In this document: positions 52,758-64,000 of the stretch, in pieces
Layout: every line of letters begins with the position of its first letter
How positions within the stretch are numbered: position 1 is the first letter of the stretch
The notes under the pieces: generated by a model
What the model saw: the letters and a program-made list of their open reading frames with translations, nothing else
Databases searched by the model: none
Told to the model about the DNA's origin: nothing
Position numbers and translations under genes: made by a program
NCBI GenBank assembly: GCA_030264375.1
Contig: JASCQW010000190.1
Location: forward strand, 92,169,147-92,233,146
Origin: Carcharhinus longimanus
Lineage: Eukaryota
Length of the DNA: 64,000 bases
Direction of reading: 5' to 3'

Positions 52758-54449
52758 CTACATTTGGGGGTAGAAGGAAAGAAAAAAATACACCAATTAG
52801 TATAACAAATAGATTTAAAATGATGCACTGCAGAAAACCATAAAACCTACAGTCTTTCTACAAATTTCAAGCTTTCAAGTTTTGTAAGATAAAAATGATG
52901 TTACAGGACCAGCATTTGAGTAGAGTCCAATATTCAATGAATGATATCTTTTACATGATCCATTAAATAAATTCACAAATACCAAGGAAAAGTTACACTA
53001 CCATGTAGGCAAACCATCTCAACTGGTACAGCCTCAATGCAAATTTGAATACTTTGGCAACAAGAGTTAAAAGGCACCCATGCCACTTTCTACATCTTGG
53101 AATCACAAATCCCAAAGTATACAAGGACTTCATTCTATGTCATCCCTCAAATGTAATTAGTTTAGGCAACAGAAGAGACTCTATAGCAGCTGGGAAATTT
53201 AAGCAACTCCCAATTCTTTTTTTAAAATTCAGGCAAGAAAGGCCATGAAGGGAGGAGAAGCTTCTAACCAGAGATGCTACTACATTCAAAGAACAAAGCT
53301 AAATTGTCGATGGAATCTTAATATTTCCATTTGCTAAACCTTCAAGCTTATTTGTTCAATGTTCATAAACAAATGAAAAGTATAACAGTAGCATGGCTAA
53401 TGTAGGGCCTTAAAAATGAAATTACTATTTGAAGTTATAATACACAAACTACCAACCCAAAACTCCATTCAAAAATGTGTTCAGTTCAAGGCAACACAAA
53501 ACAAGAGAAAAGCATTGGAGGCAATGCAGAGGAAAACCACAAGGCTGATTCTACTGAGGATTTAAGCTCAAGGAAAGACTGAAGAAATCGGAGTTGAGAT
53601 CATTTGAGAAGCAGCCTTAGGAGGTACGCAAGTAAATTAAGGAATTGAAAAAATAAATAAGGAATAGGAGTTTAACATAAATTGTAGGCATTCAAACCAG
53701 TACAAGATAAATTTAGTTAGGAATGATAACAGGAAGTTAATCACACAAATTGATTAATTTATAAAATGAAGTTCAAAATAAAGCAGTGGAAGAGAAATCC
53801 AGAAATTATTAAAGAAACATGTTTTAGTTAGACTTTCAGAAGGNNNNNNNNNNNNNNNNNNNNNNNNNNNNNNNNNNNAGAATCAAATGGTCACCTTTAC
53901 ACATGTCCATGAGTAAATTGGTTTTCTAATTAAAACATTTAAAAGCGAGAAAGTTTACAACTTCTGGAAGTATATTCTACTGAATGTTGTGCATAGAAAA
54001 ATCATGACTTCGCTTTTATTTTTAAAAGGATCGATATTCACAAAACAACTGGTTTGTGCTATTTTTCACATCCATCCTTTGTAATGAGAGATGAAATTGA
54101 GACAATTTGACTAGAATTATCAAGCCACAAGTTAGACAGACATGTGGAAGCAACTTTGATGGTTTAAGGAAAATTGGGATTCAACTGTAATGGAAATGAT
54201 GCCCCACCCATGACGGGGGTAAAGGCTGAATATCACCTAAAGGGAAATTAAGGCCCGATAAACAAGAAAAAGTTCCTCAAATTGAAGACAGTGACTCATG
54301 CCAACTTATGGCTCCATAAATACTAATACATGTCTTTAATACTTTCCATTCATAATAGGTGAAACCTGGAAAGGATTGGGAAGCCTCTTAACCATGGGGA
54401 GCCAAGAAGAGAAAGACTTGCTTGATACAGTGCCTTTTGCAAGCAAAAG

Positions 54450-57400
54450 GCATCCCAATGTGTTCTGCAGCTAATGTCTCAATGAGGAGATTAGGAGACC
54501 ATAACAAGAGCAGCACCAAGAATACTGAAAAATGAGGTGCCAATCTGGTGAAGCTACAACAAAAGATTACATGACAATTAAACAACAGATGCACCATGTG
54601 ATAAGACAGGGCTATGCAATCCCACAACCAATGGACCAGATCAAAATTCTGAAGTTCTTCCACTGAAGGTTGGTAGACAATTAAACAACTGATGGAGGAG
54701 TAAGTAGCTCCAAAAATGTTCCCATCCTCAATGGGAGTGAAACCAAATTCATCAGTGCACAAGACACAATAGAAGCATTGGGAAATATTTTTAACCAGAA
54801 GTGCAGAGTGGGTGATCAACCTCAGCCTCTATAGAGATCCCCACCACCATACTCACAATTCTTCAGTTAATTCAATTTACTGCATGTAACATCAGGAAAC
54901 TACTGAAGACACTGGACACAGCAAGACCATCCCAGATGTGGACTGAAGAGCTCTGCTCCAGAACCAGCTTTCCAGTATAGCTACAACACGGCATCTATCC
55001 AACAAAAATGCAGGGCAAATCTCAATCATTAACAAAATGAAAGATGCTGTTGGCAGTGCCATAAAAAGGCATTTACTCAGCAATAAGCTATTAACTGAGA
55101 CTCAGTTTAGGTTCTGCCAAGGCTATTGAGCTCCAGACTTTATCACAGCAATATTCCAAGCATGTACAAAGAGCCAAATTCCAGAGATGATGTGAGAGGG
55201 ACTACATTTAACGGCAAGGTAGCAGTTTGACCAAGGGTGAAATCAAGGAGTCCTAGCAAAATTGAAGTCAATGGGAATCGGGGAAATCTTACTTTTGGCT
55301 GCAAAAGGAAAATGACTGTGGTTATTGGAGGCCAATCACCTCAAGCGCAGGATGTTGCTAGAGTTCCTCAGGGTAGCATTGGCTTAACCACTTTCAACAA
55401 TGACCCTCCTTCCAACATAATGTCAGAAGTGGAGACGTTCACTGTGATTGCACAATGTTTAGTACCACTCCCAAGGTCGTGGATAGTGAAGCAGTCTATG
55501 CCTGTATGCGGCAAGACCTAGACAACTTTCAGGCTTGGGGTGAGGAACATAGAACACTAGAACACTACAGCACAAACAGGCCCTTCGGCCCACAAATTGT
55601 GCTGATCATATCCCTACCGACTAGGCCTATCCATAACCCTCAATCCCATTAAATCCCATGTACTCATCCAGAAGACTTTTAAAAGACCCCACCGATTCCA
55701 CTCATCCACCACCCTCAGTGAAAAACTTACCCCTGACATCTCCTCTGTACATACTCCCCAGCACCTTAGACCTGTGTCCTCTCGTAGTGACCATTTCAGC
55801 CCTGGGAAATAGCCTCTAAGAATCCACCCCATCGANNNNNNNNNNNNNNNNNNNNNNNNNNNNNNNNNNNNNNNNNNNNNNNNNNNNNNNNNNNNNNNNN
55901 NNNNNNNNNNNNNNNNNNNNNNNNNNNNNNNNNNNTGACCTGATAGAGGTTTATAAGATGTTGAGAGGTATAGATCGGGTGGATTCTCGGAGGCTATTTC
56001 CCAGGGCTGAAATGGTCGCTATGAGAGGACACAGGTTTAAGGTGCTGGGGAATAGGTACACAGGAGATATCAGGGGTAAGTTTTTCACTCAAAGGGTGGG
56101 GGGTGAGTGGAATCGGCTGCCATCGGTGGTAGTGGAGGCAAATTCAGTAGGATCTTTCAAGAGGCTTCTAGATGAGTACATGGAACTTAATGGAATTTCC
56201 TTTGGGTGCTCCTCCCACAGTCCAAAGATGTATGTCTTGGGGTTGATTGGCCATGCTAAATTAACCTTAGTGTCAGGAGGATTGGCAGGTTAAGAACATA
56301 GAACATAGAAAAACTACAGCACAAACAGGCCCTTCGGCCCAAAAGTTGCACCAATGATATCCAAACCTACTAGGCTTACCAATAATCCCTCAATTCTATT
56401 AAGTTCCATTTCAGCCCTGGGAAATAGCCTCCAAGAATCCACCCGACCTATATCTCTCAACATCTTATGCACTTCTATCAAGTCATCTTTTATCCTTCAT
56501 CTCTCCAAGGAGAAAAGACCAAGCTCCTTCAACCTTTCCTCATAAGGCATGCCACCCAATCAAGGCAAGATCCTTGTAAATCTCCTCTGCACCCTTTCAA
56601 TAGCTTCCACATCCTTCCTGTACTGAGGCGACCAGAACTGAGCACAGTACTCCAAGAGAGATCTGACTAGGGTCTTATAAAGCTGCAACATTATCTCCCG
56701 ACTCCTAAACTCAGTCCCTCAATTGATGAAGGCCAGTACACCATACACCTTAACCACATCCTCTACCTGCGAGGCCAATTTAAGAGTCTTATGGACCTGG
56801 ACCCCAAGGTCCTTCTGATCCTTTACACTGCTAAGAGTCTTACCCTTGATATTATACTTCTTCATCCCATTTGACCTGCCAAAGTGGACCACTACACATT
56901 TACCCGGGTTGAAGTCCATCTGTCACTCCTCCACCCAGCCTTGCATCCTATCTATGTCATGCTGCAACCTCTGACATCCCTCCAAACTATCTACAACACC
57001 ACCAACCTTCATGTCGTCAGCCATCTTACCAACCCATCCCTCCACTTCCTCATCCAGGTCATTTATGAAAATTACAATCAGCAAGGGTCCCAGAACAGAT
57101 CCCTGGGGCACTCGACTGGTGACCGACCTCCGTGCAAAAAAAAGACCCATCCACAACCACTCTCTGCCTTCTGCAGGCAAGCCAGTTCTGGATCCACAAG
57201 GCAACAGGCCCTTGGAACCCATGCCCTCTCACTTTCTCAAGAAGTCTTGCAATGGGGGACCTTATCGGACGCCTTGCTGAAGTCCATATGAACCACATCC
57301 ACCACTCTTCCTTCGTCAATGTGTTTAGTCACATTTTCAAAGAACCAGGCTCGTAAGGCACAACCTGCCCTTGACAAATCCATGCTGACTACTTTTGATC

Positions 57401-57990
57401 ATACTAAACTTCTCTAAATTTAGAGAATGTTTCTTGCCACTCTAAAGGACTGGCAAGAAACATTCTAGCCAAACAGTGACAAGTAATGACCATCTCCAAA
57501 AAGAGAGAATCCAACCATTTCCCCATGACACTATTGTTGAATCTCCCCACCATCAACATTGTGGGGTCTTAACACAGTGTTAAGTCAGAAGCTGAACTGG
57601 ACTATATAAACATATAAATACTGTGACCACAAAGCAAGTTAGAGACCAGAATAACTCATCTTCCCATTCCACAAAACCTGTCTACCAATGACAAGGGGTA
57701 AGTTAGGAATGTGATGAAATACCCTCCAATTGCCTGCATGAGCGCAGTTCCATCAACACAAGCTCAGTTTGGTCCCGTCCACCATCTTAAACATTCACTC
57801 CCTCCACCATGGTTTCCCAATAGCAGCAGTCCGCACAATGTGCACTGCAGCAATTTATCAAGGCTTCAACAACAGTACCTTCCAAACCTATGACTGTTAT
57901 CATCTAGAAGACAAGGGAGCCGATGCACGGGAACATCACCACCTATAAGTTCCCTCTAAACCATGTACCATCCTGACTTGGAACTGCATC
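54450..57990 (+). mobile_element. Old CR1-group LINE split by younger CR1/SINE insertions (about 55546-57450)
   Basis: VPQGS motif near 55365. The sequence breaks at caggcttgggg (about 55540) and resumes at tggcaagaaacatt (57451). Confidence 0.65.
56295..57420 (-). mobile_element. Younger CR1 LINE, RT to 3' tail
   Basis: VPQGSVLGPLLIVIFINDLDEEVEGWVGKMADDMKVGG and MDFNPGKCVVVHFGR, with a (TTCTATG)n tail. Confidence 0.92.
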
Positions 57991-59929
57991 ACTAATTTTG
58001 ATTTCATGAACCTTGGTGCACAGGAGTCTGGATAAACTTGCAGTCAAAGATTTCTGGTCTTTTGGGTTTATTTGTATATTTTTAATGAGATCGTACAAAC
58101 CCTGAAGTTTTAAAGGGGTTGAAATTCAATGATTCTGAATAAAAAAGTAGAAAGGCTTTATTGTTACTTGCAGCAGTGATTCAGTGACACAGACATAGAA
58201 AAGACAGGAGTTGAAAGAAGTCTTATTTGGTGTGGATAAGAAGACAAAAAACAAGAATTTTCAGCTAGTGGGATTGTAATTAACTGAATCATCAGTTAAA
58301 GGATTCAGTAAAGTGATCTGTTTAGCAGAGATGCTACTGGAAGACTAACTCATTTTTTTTGCTCTGCAGTTTAAGAAACACAGTTTAAAGTACTATTTTC
58401 GGTACTTCGGGAGGAGATACGAGTTGGCAAAAAGCATCAAGTGAAGGCTCAGGAAGTCACTGGAAGAAAACCATCTGTAATTGTGCTAGTCCTAAACAAG
58501 AAGTCTTTGTTAAGCAAGTGGTAACTCTTCACTGGTTTGTGTGCCTGTAAAGATATTTGCTGGGGTAGAGGAATTTTGGGAATTTGAATTATCTTCTCAT
58601 GTTTGTATTGAGATCTTTCCAACATTTTTGACTTGTGAGATGTGGTTCACTTTTCTTGTTTTAATAAATATTTTATTTTCTGCATCAAAAGTTCATCAGT
58701 AGACTCCTGTGATTTTTTTCAGTAACTTTCTTCCACGACTTAAAAAAAACTTAAGGATCTATCAAACCAGGTTTCACTCTGAGATCTGAGTTGTCCAGTT
58801 CTAACAGCAGCAGTAACAATATAGATAGAGATTGCAGCAGTTCAAGAAGCTCATTTCATCACTACCTCCAAGGACCATTACAGATGTGCAAAATTACTGG
58901 CCTTGTCAGTCACTCTCCAGTCCAAAGAACAAATAAAACAAAGTACCTTTGAAATATGGTCAATTTGTAACACAGCAAATACGGCAGCCCTTTTGTACCA
59001 AACACAATCTAACTCTTATAAATATGCATTTGCAATATAAGTCAATAATATTGACCAGGAGCAGGAACAGTGACAGATATTGTCCCTTTTTTCCAACATT
59101 AATCAGTACAGATCAGGGATCTAACACAAGTCTTTTCTAAAGGAAGAGCTTGCATTCATACAGCACCTTTCAAAAATTCACTACATCTCAAAGTTCATAA
59201 CAGTCAATGACATAGTTGCAATGTCTTCACTGTTGCAATCCAGGAAACAAAGACAGTTTTCGTACACAAAGGTCCCACAAACAGTAACAGGATAATGGAC
59301 AGAAAATCTATTTTATGATGTTGGTTCAGAGGGAGATAAATAATAAATAATGGCCAGAGTGGTGTAGGAGGAGCTTTTCACATACTACTTTGAAATAATG
59401 TCACAGAATCTTTTACATTCATCTACGAAGGTAAACATCGAACACAGTTCAACCCGTCATTCGAAATGCCAATTTCGCAAAGATACCACTCCCTCTATGT
59501 GTGACATGTGTATATTAGCCTGGATACTAATCTTAAATAGTTCACTGCAATCAGAATTTTTAAAATAAGGTTTACATTATGAATCACTGTCAAAAAAATT
59601 AATGGAGAAATAATTTTCCCCTCACTGTTAAGTTAAACTTCTGCATATTTAGGTGCACCAAAAATAAATAGCACAATTGGGACAATATAAGAAAGTGACT
59701 GGTTTACCATGAAATTCTGGTAAGGCATCAGTTCAATATGGTTAAGTTGTTGAGTCAGAGAATTGAGACGTGATTTGTTATAGATTTAGTACAAGACTTT
59801 CAATTACATTGATGGGTTTTTAAAATACATCTGCTTGTATGCTTCAGGTAGATCACGATGGAAGATTTGGAATGACAAATGATGTTCAACTGTGGGTATT
59901 ATGTGGTCAGCAAGATGAAGTCTCAAAAT

Positions 59930-60490
59930 TCACATACCTGTCGCCAAAGCTTTAAAGAATTTGGAGAAACCTAAATCTGGATATTCTAGTGGATCTCTCT
60001 TTACAGAAGTGAGGTTAAGTTAACTGAGTCTATGACAAGGCATACAATTTTGTCCTTGTACAAGACTGTGGTCAAGTCTCGCTTGTGATATCGTATGCGG
60101 TTTTGGTCTCCTCACAAGGTGGATGATACAGCAGCTTTAAAGGATTCAAAGCAGAGCCACTCATCTAATTTCCGTATCTTTATCATCAGAATAGGTTAAA
60201 AAAGCTTTATATCTACATTGAGGAACAACAAATTAGGAGCCATCCAAATGAATTTCTCAGGTGGTGAAGGAATAAATTCTGTGCCAGTTGGCATATTTGT
60301 CCCAATTAAATAGGTTAGCGAGCACCTGTCACAATTTAAGTTGTGCAAGGCCTGATCTAGGTTCAATGTCAGAAGGTTGTTTCCCAAAGGGAATAGTGGA
60401 CCTCTGGAACTGGCTACCATTTCCTATGGTTAATGCTGATTTTCTGAATTCCTGCAAGGGACAGCTGGACTTATTTCTAAGTCATTCTTA
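59930..60490 (+). mobile_element. Highly degenerate CR1 3' fragment
   Basis: Traces resembling LYKTVVKSRL..MRFWSPH and VDLWNWLP. Confidence 0.6.
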
Positions 60491-63400
60491 TTAAGCAAAA
60501 GAAAATTCTTCACAGGATGTATGTAAATGAACTTTTCTGCTTTGAAGACAAATGCAAAGAGAAAAATTATTTCAGGTTCAATCAATCAATGTGTGTTAAG
60601 AGATTGGGATCTTTAATAAACTGGTATTTTCTGAATAGTACAGAAATTTTATGAAATTAGCTAAAGAGCAATGATTCCCTTTCTGGAAAAGCAATTTCTA
60701 AACACTTTGACTTCCACAGAGTCCCTGGAAACAGCAAGGTCATTGTGGGGGTGTGTGGGGGTCTTAAAATTATTTCCAAACGTTTGACTGCCTTAGATAT
60801 CTGTGATCCCAAATCCAAAAATCTTAAAAATGCAACACACATTCTCTAAGAACGTGAGGAAAAAGGTAGCCAAGAGACAAATACAGTGATGTGATCCTTT
60901 ATTTCCATTTTAGTTTTGGCAGTTTGTATGAGAAGCGATAGTTGATTTTAAAAAAAAATTCAAGACATACTTCAAAAAGTGATTTTGGACAACTGAAAAT
61001 ATTTATGCACAAGGGAAAGACAACATTATGCATCAAAGGCAAAGAATTGCTGCACTGTTTTAATTTACTTAAATGATAATGTAAAAAATGTAAATTAACT
61101 TAAGAAAATTAAAAGAAATTAAGCAATAAAAAGATGGTTGCTCCTAATAATGGAAAAGCCAAAACCAATTTACAAGCAAGGATTCATCAGAAACTTCCAA
61201 ACATTTGCCCCAAACCTCAACAACTTGTGGATCAATAAGCACAACTTCAATAATAACATTTCAGATAAAGCAGCCAGATTGACTGACACCACGCCCACCA
61301 CCTTAAACATCTCCAGCCCCGTAAGATAGTGGCGATGACACCTCCAGCCCAGTAAGGTGGCACCAGACCTCCAGTCCGGCAAGGTGGTATATTCGCTGCA
61401 CTCAACCAGTTATTTGGCAACTCACTGTTTAATAACAATCCCACCATGGATCTTTAAATCACAGAAAGACTGTAAGCTGAATCCAAAGTTGCCCTAAATA
61501 GAAGTCAAAATAAGCCAAGTTTTTACATGAATCACAGTAGAAATATTTATTCTGATATATGTGGACAGAATTAAAATTAAAATTATGGGCAATAATTTCT
61601 TGATCCAATTGAATTGGGCAACTAAGTTAAAACCTAGTTTAAGGCCATCCTTCAGGAATATACTATGAATGCAATAACAGCCTACTAATTCAGTCCTACA
61701 TGTTAATGTGCCATTTTATGCAATCCATTTGGACATTCACAGTGTAATGTTTCACATAAGAAATTCCGTCACATGCCTGACAAGATTCAATAGATAGATA
61801 TATTGCTTACATGAATTAAATTAAGGAGCCAAATGGAATTAAAAAGGGCTGAACTACCCATAAACACAACTTCCAGTCAATTTACTAATTTTGTATATGC
61901 TACTCTTTCAAATACAATCTATTATATCTATACGAGGATCATTGGCTGGTTCCACCATTTTAAGACTCCTGGGAACGGAGAAAATGCAAAAGTCCTGACA
62001 AAGTGGATTAGAGTAATCTAATCCTATCCCTGTAGAGATTGGAAATTTTGTCACAAATGTTTGGCGGTATACAAAGGAGTTCAAAGCGAGGCACAAGAAA
62101 TTTTTACTGAAATTAGCTGGGGCACTGTTACAGATCTTGTTGATTTTTAAATACATATTGTAGGAGTGTCAAAATGAAGGCTGTCCTTCAATAACTTTCT
62201 AAATTAAATACAGGAAAACTTCCCAGACAAGGACAAATTATTTTTATTAATTATTGTGCTACTAAGGAAGTGCTTTAACAGATGATAATGCATACAAGAA
62301 ATGTTAAATACCACATATCATCTTTCAAACAAGGCATCTATGAAGCCCCTCTGAGGTGCAGAATTGCGAGCCAATGCTATTTACCTACCAACGTATTAAG
62401 ATTTCATATTTTTATTTGTTTGTAAAACCAACTCTACTGTTCGTGGTACTGGCAAGAGAGCTGATGCAACATATACTCCACATGCAATATCGTGTTCAAA
62501 ACAACTGAAAAAAGATTATTTCCCCCAAAGCTGCCTTGCCTGCAGACCATAAAAAACAAGCTTAGAAGGAAAAATATTAACAAGTTATTTCTAGGGTTTC
62601 ATTCATGTTTCAAAAATTGTCATTACTAAAATTTTACAAAAATACACCCAGCATTTGTAAATAGAACACATCTGTTGCCTGGAATTTTTCACGTTTTAAT
62701 AAAACTGAATTATGTCTATAGTATAATAGTAAGATATTTCTGTAAGGGAGACACTGCCTATTTTTCTTGTTTGCTTACTATCTGACGTACTGGATTACAT
62801 AAAAATTCCCTAGAAACATACTCAAACGATTCTGCAAGATGAACAGGTCTCAGAGGAAAAGCAAGCTCTTAAAAATTATGTTTACTCCCAGGTTACCTGA
62901 CAGCTCTTTTCAATGAGCTGACTATATTACTTCTATTCAGCTACCGCTTCAACTGGACTCTAACTTTCAACATTACTTGTTTGCAATAATAAAAACAAAG
63001 CTTGGTGATTAACTTGCTTTTTTTAAAAAAAAATGCCAATATATGATCAGTTAACCAGGTGCCTCCCTCAAATCAGCTCAGATGTGCACAAAAGGTTAGC
63101 TTGGCAATACGTATTAGTTAGGATTCTTCAATTAATGCCACTTCATCAGTAATGTCAGCATACGACAGAACCAAAGACAGAAATGCATTTCACTGACTGA
63201 ATTACTGGCACCGATTTAATACTGAAGAGCTCAATATTGTAGCAGAACAATTTAAAACAAAGATTCAATTGCTGGTTTGCCCAAGGACTTACCATATGCC
63301 TGTGCTCTGGGTGCACTCGACATACATGTCGTGCCGAGGACAATAGTGATCGCCTTGTTTTGTTGAACTGACATTGCAAATGCATAAGATCCAGCACAAG

Positions 63401-64000
63401 ATTGAAACACTGAGTAAAGCAAAACATTACAACCATCTAAATATTAATGCTCAACAGAAAGTGACTACTTCAACACCACTTCTTAAATAAAACATTCACA
63501 ATTTCTTTTCTGACAGCATTCTCATACTTTTGCTTTCTCTCCAAAGTGGAGGTAGGAATATATCTGCAGCAGCAAGGCAATCAATCGGGAGTACAATATG
63601 ATGCAGTCATGTGATCACTCCTTCAAGAGAAAAAAAACCCCATCTAATTAGACCTCCCATCTTAACTGAGATGTTCAGAGTACTCTGGAGAATTCGCTGT
63701 TGAATCCTTACTTCTGGGACTAAGCACACCAGTGAATTGGTTCCAATTCAGATGGATTTCTACTGATATAAAAGGATTGATACGAAAGATAACTTTCAAT
63801 AGGGGCACATACTGAATTACCTTCTATCTGTGAAAGTGTTAAGATGCTCTAACATAGTGTGATGCATGTGGAAGGGAAAAAAGGATAACAGAGATATATT
63901 ACCTTGGTTTAAAGCACTGTGTTGTGTTTTTGATGACTAGAGTTAACCTGAAGGCAAAATGTATTTACTATTATAATAAAGACAATTAAAGAATCTATTG

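Larger units (their letters stand above)
52758..64000 (-). other. SIAH2: SIAH2 intron; the RING-encoding exon 1 lies outside the window
   Basis: No RING-coding or CpG-island sequence up to the window end. The region is AT-rich with LINE and SINE debris. Confidence 0.8.

Overview
Repeat-rich vertebrate DNA, most likely from a shark or other elasmobranch, judging by HE1-type V-SINEs, Deu-type SINEs, CR1 tails and shark-type Penelope foldbacks. The assembly is gappy, with many N runs. The only clearly intact coding sequence is the last exon of SIAH2 (minus strand, 52206-52757), with a probable long 3' UTR below it and more than 11 kb of intron above it. The main hidden signal is a chain of about 12 splice-bounded plus-strand segments (about 1.9-21.6 kb), several with in-frame stops. 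They read collinearly like the multi-RGS-domain protein RGSL1, suggesting a decayed RGSL1-like pseudogene convergent with SIAH2. That comparison is by eye against a remembered sequence and needs tblastn. Also present are two dead PIF/Harbinger transposases with a putative partner-ORF remnant, Penelope-derived foldbacks carrying hammerhead-ribozyme cores, hAT and Harbinger MITEs, and many CR1, Rex1 and RTE LINE fragments. Repeat coordinates are approximate. No CRISPR array, rRNA or tRNA gene was seen.
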